A stretch of 64,000 nucleotides of DNA from Ylistrum balloti. Taxonomy: Eukaryota. The stretch lies in NCBI RefSeq assembly GCF_031769215.1, contig NW_026782857.1, positions 62,001 through 126,000 of the forward strand. The letters run 5' to 3'. Positions 12,101 through 24,100 of this stretch are shown here, in pieces. A program made the translations under genes and the position numbers. Numbering within the stretch: position 1 is the stretch's first letter; every line of letters starts with the position of its first letter. Below the pieces are notes generated by a model. That model was given only the letters and a program-made list of their open reading frames with translations, searched no databases and was not told where the DNA came from.

Positions 12101-15100
12101 CATTTGATTCACCAGTCTACATCAGAGAAACAAGAATGAATTTTTTTAAATTTCTATTTTTTCAAACATCAATATATAATGATAAACAAACACACACTTG
12201 TAAATGAATTTGTTTTGAATTACAAAGAATGGTTGGTTCCCCTGGTTTTTTGTATGGAGTGACATGATTACCTCGTTATTCATTGAATATACCCATGTAA
12301 TATTTTTTGCATTTTGTACATGTGTAATATAACCTATTGTGACATCGGGTTTGGATAAGGATGTCCAACGCTCACAGATTAGAACAATGTAGCAATAGAA
12401 ATTATATGTGTAGCCAAAATGACATCAAGTTTGAAGTTTGGATATTTCCGTTTTCCACATCTATAAGAATAATTGATCAAGAGATATCTATTATGAAACT
12501 TATCACAAATTTTTCATTTTAGCTCATGAATTTAAAAAAAGAAAATCATAAATCAAAAATCAAAAGGAAACTCTTGTAAAATTCTATATATTTATGTATG
12601 TGCACAAAACTACAATAGGTTTATGTAAGCCTGAAGATGACTATATAGTGTAACCACACCGAAATATACATATCGCTTAAGTCCAAAGCAGGACACCCTA
12701 TCTGTTCATATCATACCGACAACAGACAAACCAGTTCTTTCACAACCACAATGCCATGTGTTGATCAGTTAGGGGTATGCTCTGACCAGAGGACCTAACT
12801 TTATCCTTCATCACAGCACCAATGTTCCACTAGAGGGCAATAGTGAGGCAGTGTCAATGGAGACAATAGGGAAAATATAGTTGTTTAGAAGAAAATAAAA
12901 GATTAGATCTCAAATTAAGTTACCTTAAACAACATGCAATGGGGTATACCTATAGGGCAACATGATGAGTTATGATATAAACCTCATGGATCTACTTACT
13001 GTATTCAAGCTAGGAACTGGATCTTCTGGAACTCTTGAATGTAAAAACAAATTGTATTGAGTTTTACCAGCAGCGACTGTTATAACAAAAATGAACTCTC
13101 TGAAGTTAATTCAACAGAACTTTTATATAAGGAAACCTTGGGGAGATCTTGAAACCCACTCCAAGTATCTCACTCCTTTTTAAGATATTCACTAAAATAT
13201 TTTAACCCTCAAAATTGAACATGGCCATCTCTCTGCCATACTGGTTTCCAAATAGATTGTAACTAGAAGAAGTGTCATGCAGGGGCCAAATCATACCCAC
13301 TCACCCCTCCCTCCTCTCCACTGTTCCAAAAAGGGGTAATAACTTTCTGAAAAGGGGAGGTAGCTGAACCCAATATAGATTACGCACATCTACAATGTAT
13401 AAGGATAATAGCGAGCAAGTATCGTTGAAATCAATTTAACAGTTTAGGAGTAGTAGTTGGTACATTGTTGCATCTACAGATGGATGGACGGATGGATGTT
13501 GGGACTAAAGATGGACACATGGACAGACAGATAGAAAGTCACTAGAGATTGGTCCTTCAGGTACTTACCGGTTAACCTGTTTCCTTGTTTCCCAGTCTTT
13601 TGTAGAGTTCCCTAAGAATAAAACAGGTTACATATTTTGATATTTCTACTCTTGGCACTACCAGTAAGACATTGAATTAATGGAGCCATGACAGGACTAT
13701 ATATAGGTCACCAAAGGTTACAGGTCAAACCGTTCGACAATATGAATCGTCATGAATTAATTTTTTTGCTCTCTCTATGAAAATATAATCAAACAAGAAA
13801 AATGTCCTTTAAGGACCTCTAGCAGCAAGTTCTAATTAATCTGTAGTGTATTATAATGTTTATCTGTAACCCTTCTTATCCAACAGCTATTCTTTATGTT
13901 ACATGCAGTTTCTCAAGGGACTCACAGGCACCTTGAATTTTATTTGCACTTTAAAAATATAATTTGATCAGCTTATTCAAATAACCAGTCATAGCAATTC
14001 TCATAAAAATTTGCTAAACAAAATTCTACAGATGATAGATAGACCTCACAGTGATAGATCACAAAAGTTAGCTAAACATGGTTAAAAAAGATTTACAAAA
14101 AAGAGATGTAACACCAAATTTGTTATTCCAATTCAAGAAAAGTTTTTAAAATCTGAAGTACGAGGATATTAAGACCATGTGTTCAGGCGTCTGCTTCTCC
14201 AATGACATCCACAACATGTATCATCGTTATACCAATTAGGTAATGTCACATTTTCACAAAAATAGCTCTGAAAATGCGGGCAATACCCCACAGCCTTATC
14301 ATAAAGTTGAAAATTTGTGGTTGGGGTGAGTGGAAAGTTATCTCAAGAATGGGTTGTGTAGGACGGACGGACAGACAGACGGACGAACGTCGGGCTGTGG
14401 GGTAATAATCAATAATATCACATTCCCACAATATTGTCATATTCCCACAATAATGTCACATTCCTACAATAATGTCATATTCTCACAATAATGTCGCAAT
14501 TTCTAAACATCAATGTCCCATCCCCAAAGAAATCAATAATGTCACATTTTCACAATAATGTCACATCTTCACTATTATCAATGTCCCATCCCTACAATAA
14601 TCAATAGTGTCTGTTTTTATTATACACTATGATCAATTTTGATGCTTTCTTGGGGAAATAAAGAATCCAAGAGATCTACTCATTGTAGTGTCTAAGACAT
14701 GGACAATTTGGTTGTAATATTTCTAAAACTGGAAGAGAAGATTTTTTAGTGATTTAAAACCCTATACGCCGCATCTTGGATGAAATCCTTAACAACTAGG
14801 ACTCCTTTGGACAGATAAAACCCAATGTTAACAACTAGGACTCCCTTGGTCAGATAAAACCCAATCTTAACAACTAGGACTCCCTTGGTCAGATAAAACC
14901 CAATGTTAACAACTAGGACTCACTTGGTCAGATAAAAGTCAGTCTTAACTAGGATTACCAAGGATCAGTCGGGTTCAATTTTTTGTGGGAAATTGAATTT
15001 TGATTTATATAGTCAGTCGACAAAATGTTATGACAGATGCCCGAAAGACATTTACTATTTAGGTTATTCTGACTCTTGAAAGTTAAATGAGATAAAAAAA

Positions 15101-18100
15101 AAACCTGACAGTTGGACAACTCTTAATTCATGACAGATTGAATAGTACCTCCAATGCTACTTGTAGAAACTGGCTTGATTTGTAGGATTCCAATTGTAGG
15201 CTGGTAGAGACCAAGCAGGGACGTCTGAAGAGCAAAAAACAGAAATCAAGTGATGTCACACACAGAGACGCCACACAATATGAATTATGACGTCACAGAG
15301 ACACATAAGACTCCAAGAAAGACATGACTTTCATATGAAAATCACTACAAAGTGATCACTCTATTTGCCAATCGGTTGCTATGGTGAGAGTTAAACTGGT
15401 CTGTCTTCCTGGTACATCATGGTTACTTAGTTAACTAATCCTGAGTGTTCACTCGTTGTCTACTCTGTATCCACTTTTTTGGCCACTCTTTGTATGCCGT
15501 AAATACTAAAAAAACATTGCAGTGAATATGATATGAAAATACTTTCCCTTTTTTTTTTCAAGAATTCAACATTCTGTGATGTTCAACTGAATAGACAACG
15601 AGTAGAGAGATACTGTTTATCAGGAATTTTTGGGGAGTATCCAATTTTCGCGAATTCAGCCACCCTTTCAAAATCGCAAAAAATTTAAATCACCAAAAGA
15701 GCATGTTTCCTTCTTTATTGTAAATGCAGGAGCAATGCATATATAGCTACATGTACCTCAACACTTTCTAGTCATGAATACTTCTTTGATAGATAAATCT
15801 TGTGTCTTAGTAGGACTGCCTAGTTAGATATCTGGTAAAGTTAGAACTTACACTGGTATATGCGTAAAAGATTGTAATCTACAGGCTGCAAAAGTTTGTA
15901 ATCTACCGGCTGCAAAAGATTGTAATCTACCGGCTGCAAAAGATTGTAATCTACCGGCTACAAAAGTTTGTAATCTACAGGCTGCAAAAGTTTGTAATCT
16001 ACATGCTATAAAAGATTGTAATCTACCGGCTGCAAAAGTTTGTAATCTACAGGCTGGCTGCAAAAGATTGTAATCTACAGGCTGCAAAAGATTGTAATCT
16101 ACAGGCTGGCTACAAGTTACAAAAGTTTGTAATCTACAAGCTGCAAAAGTTTGCAATCTACAGGCTGCAAAAGTTTGTAATCTACAGGCTGCAAAAGTTT
16201 GTAATCTACAGGCTACAAAAGTTTGTAATCTACAGGCTGGCTACAAAAAATTGTAATCTACAGGCTACAAAAGATTGTAATCTACGGGCTGCAAAAGTTT
16301 GTAATCTACAGGCTGCAAAAGTTTGTAATCTACAGGCTGCAAAAGTTTGTAATCTACAGGCTACAAAAGTTTGTAATCTACAGGCTGCAAAAGTTTGTAA
16401 TCTACAGGCTACAAAAGATTGTAATCTACCGGCTGCAAAAGTTTGTAATCTACAGGCTGGCTACAAAAGTTTGTAATCTACAGGCTACAAAAAATTGTAA
16501 TCTACAGGCTGCAAAAGATTGTAATCTACAGGCTGGCTACAAGTTACAAAAGTTTGTAATCTACAAGCTGCAAAAGTTTGCAATCTACAGGCTGCAAAAG
16601 TTTGTAATCTACAAGCTGCAAAAGTTTGTCTCTGTGAAAACAAAGGCAGATACATAATTATCATGTATAGACATTTCAACCTCAAACTGTCCAGAATCCT
16701 ACTGAGATTACAAAAATCAAAACTAACTGCAACCATTACACGATCAAAGAAATTTGGTCGCATCACATCAACTACACTAAGTGACTTAACTTACCTTGAT
16801 TGTAGCCAACAAGAGTTTCTCGTCCTGCATGAAGATTTGACGTTTGTCAGGAGTAACGTTGACATCGACGGCGTCCTTTGCCATGGTAACATGTAGGGTC
16901 ACAAATGGGTACTGATGCCGGTTGAATTGGTGGTAAACCTCATTTACTACTTTAGATAACTGTAAATATGTGAATGGCAGTTTGGGTCAAGGTCATATGA
17001 ACTAAGTCATTGGAATAAACACACAACTAAACACAGTTTAAACTTAGATATCAAATATACCCCACTAATGGAATATCAATAATTTTCTGGTGAAAAAATT
17101 ATTATTTTTCAGATTTTCTTTTAGCACAAGTTTTGTATTTGTTTTCTTTCTTTCTGGATAAATACAGTGATCTCTAGGAACGATATCAAACTAACCAGAA
17201 TTGCGAAATAATCCCATGTCCTGAAACATTCAAACTTCTCCTCTGAAACCAGAAAGTATAGCCAAAGTAACAGTATATGTCTGATGGCTTTCTTGGATGA
17301 AATTCAATGAAGTTTGAAATTTACCATGCATATTTTTATGGTCACAGAAAAGTAATCCTGAATGTAACTTAGTAATAGGATATCACAGTTCAAACTATAT
17401 CCTTGTACACAATATCTTGACTTTGGCTTGTTGACTGATAGACCTGCTAAAAATTTCCAAAACAAGTCAGGAGAAACAGCTTTACCTTGGCTGAATCACA
17501 GGGCCGTTTGTTGATGAAGAAATACTGTCTGTCTGCACTGCTTCGACCATGTCCATGGACACACGGAGAAATAAAGCCATCAAGTCTGAAACACACACTG
17601 CTGGTCAGTACAATGAGCAATGCAGTAAGTCTGGGGTCCATCACATAATCTCTCACTAAACATCACGGGTGGGCTTATGACAGGACCTCAGCAGTCCAAC
17701 ACATAACCTCTCACTTAACATCAGGGGTGGGCTTATTACAGGACCTCAGAAGACCAACACATAATCTCTCACTAAACATCAGGGGTGGGCTTATTACAGG
17801 ACCTCAGCAGTCCAACACATAACATCTCACTTAACATCAGGGGTGGGCTTATTACAGGACCTCAGCAGTTCAACACATAACATCTCACTAAATATTAGGG
17901 ATGGGCTTATTACAGGACTTCAGCAGTCCAACACATAACCTCTCACTAAATATTAGGGGAGGGCTTATTACAGTACCTCAGAAGAGCAACACATAACCTC
18001 TCACTTAACATCACGGGTGGGCTTATGACAGGACCTCAGCAGTCCAACACATAAATTTCACTTAACATCACGGGTGGGCTTATGACAGGACCTCAGCAGT

Positions 18101-21100
18101 CCAACACATAAATTTCACTTAACATCAGGGGTGGGCTTATTACAGGACATCAGCAGTCCAACACATAACATCTCACTAAATATTAGGGGTGGGCTTATCA
18201 CATGACCTCAGCGGTCCAACACATAACCTCTCACTTAACATAAGGGATGGGCTTATTACAGGACCTCAGCAGTCCAACACATAACATCTCACTAAATATT
18301 AGGGGTGGGCTTATCACATGACCTCAGCGGTCCAACACATAACCTCTCACTTAACATAAGGGATGGGCTTATTACAGGACCTCAGCAGTCCAACACATAA
18401 CATCTCACTAAATATTAGGGGTGGGCTTATCACATGACCTCAGCGGTCCAACACATAACCTCTCACTTAACATAAGGGATGGGCTTATTACAGGACCTCA
18501 GCAGTCTAACGCATAACCTCTCATTTAAAAATCAGTTTGGGCTTATTACAAGGACATTTTCTTACTTGTTGTGTGTGCTTATTCCTGGTTTATGCTACAT
18601 AATCTTACATATCCTACCTGAATGGGACGTCCACATTGGAGGATGCCATGCCATATTCACTACACACCTCCTCACTAGGACCAAGTTGTTTAATTTCAAG
18701 TAGATTGTTCGTCTGAAAAAAAAAATATCAAAACAAAAAAACAAAAGCCATTTTTTATTTTCTGTTTATGCGCCTTATGAAACTAGAAAACTATGGGGTG
18801 AAATGATATATCCATGTCTCATTCCAGAATGTACAAAATATGAAAATGAACAAATATCGCTAAATCAAAATGGCATAAAAAAGTAAATGTCATTCTAATA
18901 AAGCCTCTTACCCTGTCTTAGTCAACTTTTGTATCAATTTATAGGTATATGGTGCAATGATTTAGAACCAGACATGAAAACGTGAAATAAGGGGATCATT
19001 ACACAAACAATAACAACGATTAGATTTACTTACCTGTTTGGGTCCAAATACATTGGATATGTTGTCTCTTAGGGTGCTATTTCCTTTACTGGACACCATG
19101 ACAGACCGCTGACTGAAACAGTAACACACACTACTATACACCATGATAGACAGCTGACTGAAACAGTAACACACACTACTATACACCATGATAGAACAGT
19201 AACACACACTACTATACACCATGATAGACCTCTCACTGAAACAGTAACACACACTACTATACACCATGATAGACCTTTCACTGAAACAGTAACACACACT
19301 ACTATACACCATGATAGACCTCTCACTGAAACAGTAACACACACTACTATACACCATGATAGACCTCTCACTGAAACAGTAACACACACTACTATACACC
19401 ATGATAGACCTCTCACTGAAACAGTAACACAACCTACTATACACCATGATAGACCTCTCACTGAAACAGTAACACACACTACTATACACCATGATAGACC
19501 TCTCACTGAAACAGTAACACACACTACTATACACCATGATAGACCTCTCACTGAAACAGTAACACACACTACTATACACCATGATAGACCTCTCACTGAA
19601 ACAGTAACACACACTACTATACACCATGATAGACCTCTCACTGAAACAGTAACACACACTACAATACACCATGATAGACCTCTCACTGAAACAGTAACAC
19701 ACACTACTATACACCATGATAGACCTCTCAGTGAAACAGTAACACACACTACTATACACCATGATAGACCTCTCACTGAAACAGTAACCCTTAAGCCATT
19801 TTAGATTACTACTTACCCTTTGTCGTTCTGATTTGAACAGGTGATCCGTACATTTGTGCTGATGATGCAGTATGAATTCACTACATTTACCATCTTCGTA
19901 AACTCCTTTTTGATATTGCGCTGGAATTCTTTATGTCGCACAGGCAGAGTGGAGAAAACATTTTGAAGGGTGACTGTGGTACCAACCTTCAAAAAAAACA
20001 ATTTCCATTCCCACCAATCACACAAAAATATGTTGTGGTGTAAAGATATTAACTTCAAGTTCAAATGAAAGGTGTGGACTGTTTACATCCTTTTCTTGCA
20101 GTAATATGTTTATATGTAAGTAATTAAATGACAAATATTTGATATGTAATCAAACGATAGATATTTGATTCTTAATCAAACAATAAATATTTGAAACAAT
20201 TCTATACAGTATATATGGCCAAGCAGAGGAATTGGATCAGTTCAACACTTATATCTACTTCAAATTCAATTCTGAACAAAGATAAGCAGCCAGGAATTAA
20301 ACCAATTTAAGTCATTTCTGAAATACATTTTTTTCGTACATTCTCATCTTTTTTTAAAGGGGGTAAAACCAAGAGGCCGAGGGGCCTGAATGGTCAACTG
20401 AGTGAGCTCACAAACAGATTAAGCAATTATAATGAGTTTGTAACATAAAAAAGAGAAAATGAGAAAGGCTATTTATACAGACAAAGGATAGTTTTACTGA
20501 AGTTGTAGCTCATTACTGTATAACTTTCATGATGTAACAGAGACCTAATAAACTATTTTAATCTTTAATCTTTTCCCCCTCCCCAGGGGAAACGCGAGAC
20601 CCTGGGGTCATGAAATTTACCAATTCTAGTAAAGCTGTTTATAAGACCCTTCCATCCATGAAGAGTATTTCATTCTCCCTCTGGTGCTGTGAAGTTTTCT
20701 GTAAATTTTCATCAAAATATGTAGAGAAAATTGTATATGAAGTTTTGTACACAACTGACATCATCGGACAAAAGGAGACCAGAACAGGTCGCAATGAGAT
20801 AATCTAAAAAATTTTATGAAATATTCAGAAATTTTGCACAGTTTAATCTCAGGGTGAAATAAAAAATTGCTTTTAAAAGTTTTAAGTTAAAGTGGAAATT
20901 AATGTTTATGAGGCAAAAAAAAAGGGGGGGGGGAGGAAATGAAACCTATAAAACTCTGGGCAAATGTTTCCCTTTGAATAGAATTCAGATATCGATACGG
21001 ACAAAGATAATTACCTGTCTTGCTTGCGCTGTCCTCTGTGTAATTTTACCATTATGATCAAACTCTAATCTTGTCCCCACATCTGAACTTGAGTGTCTGG

Positions 21101-24100
21101 TCACAACTGTAAGGTTACTGAAGCAACATAAAAACATCGACATAAAACTGCATTCGACTTTTAAACATGCTTTTTGTACATTCAATCTCTCAATATTATT
21201 TCCAGATTTAAAGAAAAACAAGAGGCCCAATGGACCAGCATCGCTCATTTGTTTCATTTAGCTGTTCAGTCATTTAATGAAGAATTTCAAATTTAACAAA
21301 CAATTTCTGATATAATTTCTCTATTGGGTCCCCCCTTGTGGTCAAACAGAGGTCAGATTCACTATTTATGAAAGTTTCTTCAGACCAAACTTTGATAATA
21401 TCCTGGTAGAGAAGAAGGATTTTTAAGAACTTACATTTCCCCAACTGGGCCCATCCCTCGAGTTCTGGGCGGTCATGGTGCACCTTCTATACAGAACTTA
21501 TCTCCTTTCACCGAAGAATTCTTCAGACCAAATTTGGGCAAGGTTCAATCATTCCTACAGGAGGAATAGGATTTTAAAGAGTTGGCTCTATTTCCCACAT
21601 TGGGCCCAGCATTCCATTGCAAGGGGGTCATGACTTCCAATTTATACAAAGAAATTTGCTCTGATTCTACGATTGGGTACTGCCCCTCCTGTCTCAGGGG
21701 ACCAGAATTCATTCCCTTCACCCAAGAATGCTTCAGACCGAATTTGGGCAATATCTATTCATTCCTACAGGAGCAGTAGGATTTTAAAGGATTTGCTCTA
21801 TTTCCCCTGTATGGGCTCCAACTATCCTGTCCCAGGGAGCCAAGATCCACGCTTTTCACAAAATTCATTCCTCTTTCCCCAAGGATGTTTCTGACAAAAT
21901 TTGGTCATAATCAGCTCAGTCGTTCATGACTAGTAGCAATTTGTTGAAAAAGTTAATGGATGGATGGACGGATGGACATGAATGACAGATGCCGCAGTAT
22001 GCCAATAGCTCACTTCGCCCTTTGGAATATGTGAGCTAAAAACCTTTGTGGTGCAATAAACATGCTGTGATGAGAAGAGGGTATCTTAAATATCATTCAA
22101 TGTAAAAATATGATTCAATTCTCAAAGAAATATTTTACAATTCTGCCTGAAATTATTTCACTGAAACTGGAGTCAATTTACATACCTCAATGCACACAAG
22201 GAGCTCAGAGCCTCGCCTCGAAATCCAAAGGTTTCCACTCCAACCAGGTCAGAAAAGTCCTGCAGTTTTGAAGTATGATGCTTCAAGGCTTCAAAAACAA
22301 GGATAAAGAAGTCTGAATCTTGTGGCCATGACGGATCACAGACATATGAAATAAATATATAGGTATACTAATGTAAATACTGAAAACAACATGTTACAGG
22401 TGAGTATTACAGAGTTCACCTATTTCCTATGTCCACTTCATGACCAATGCAGTTTAACATAAAGGTACATTACACTTGTATTGTTTATGCTTGTACTGTT
22501 TACGGTTATGTGCATAAGGACTGTGCAATTCTTTCGAGCACTTTTAAACATCTAATGAATAGGAAATGAAAACATCTTGAAGAAATTTTGACAAAATGTA
22601 AATCCCTTAATCAGTAACATTTTACAAAAAACTAAGCAACATTAACACTACCTATATTACAGTGAAAAACCAGGACCTTGCCACTAACTACAATGGCAAC
22701 ACAAGAAGTCGACACTAATTACAGTGAAAAACCAGGACCTTGCCACTAACTACAATGGCAACACAAGAGGTTGACACTAATTACAGTGAAAAACCAGGAC
22801 CTTGCCACTAACTACAATTGTAACACAAGAGGTTGACACTAATTACAGTGAAAAACCAGGACCTTGCCACTAACTACAATGGTAACACAAGAGGTCGACA
22901 CTAATTACAGTGAAAAACCAGGACCTTGCCACTAACTACAATGGGAACAGAGGAGGTAGACACTAACCATATTTGGAAACCAGGACCTTGACATTACCTA
23001 CAGTGGGATCACAGGCTGTTGACACTAACTACAATGGAAACAATGGACGTCAACACTAATGACAATTGGAAGCCAGACCTATAAAGCATGATGCTGGTTC
23101 TGGATAAATTTTGTTGTACCTGGGACCTGAGAGAGAAATTCTCCAATAATTAAACCTAAAAAAATCCAAATAAATACTCTTACTATCAGCCAGAGATTAA
23201 CTCTCCAATAATTAGATCTAAAAAAAATCTAAATAAATTTTCTGACCAATAGCCTGACGGGGGACTAACTTCTTATTTAAAAGACTGCAAAACCTCAGAC
23301 TTCAAATCTGCAGTGAGATTTACTTATCAATAACCAGAATGGGACTCACACCTAGGACCTCTAAACTCCAGACACAGTCTCTAATCTAAAACCAGAATGG
23401 AACTCACACCTAGGACCTCTAAACTCCAGACAGAGTCTCTAATCTAAAACCAGAATGGGACTCACACCTAGGACCTCTAAACTCCAGACACAGTCTCTAA
23501 TCTAAAACCAGAATGGGACTCACACCTAGGACCTCTAAACTCCAGACAGTCTCTAATCTAAAACCAGAATGGGACTCACACCTAGGACCTCTAAACTCCA
23601 GACAGTCTCTAATCTAAAACCAGAATGGGACTCACACCTAGGACCTCTAAACTCCAGACACAGTCTCTAATCTAAAACCAGAATGGGACTCTAATCTGGG
23701 ACCTCCAAAGACCAGTCTCTAATCTGTAACCGGAATGGGACTCAAATCTGGACCTTCAAAATTCTTCTTCTCAACACCTGACCAATTGTCTATTACTTAC
23801 TGCGACCTTCAAAGTTCTTCTCCTCCACACCCAACCCATTGTCTATTACTTACTGCGACCTTCAAAGTTCTTCTCCTCCACACCCAACCCATTGTCCATT
23901 ACTTACTGAGACCTTCAAAATTCTTCTCCTCCACACCCAACCCATTGTCTATTACTTACTGCGACCTTCAAAATTCTTCTCCTCCACACCCAACCCATTG
24001 TCCATTACTTACTGAGACCTTCAAAATTCTTCTCCTCCATGTTCTTCTCCTCCACACCCATCCCATTGTCCATTACTTACTGAGACCTTCAAAGTTCTTC

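Noticed and set aside
15865-16630. 24-nt array as another junction-derived ladder (ttttgcag, cctgtag on the sense strand)
   Set aside because: It has AG-like sites but no similarity to flanking exon 10 or 11 junctions and no paired donor.
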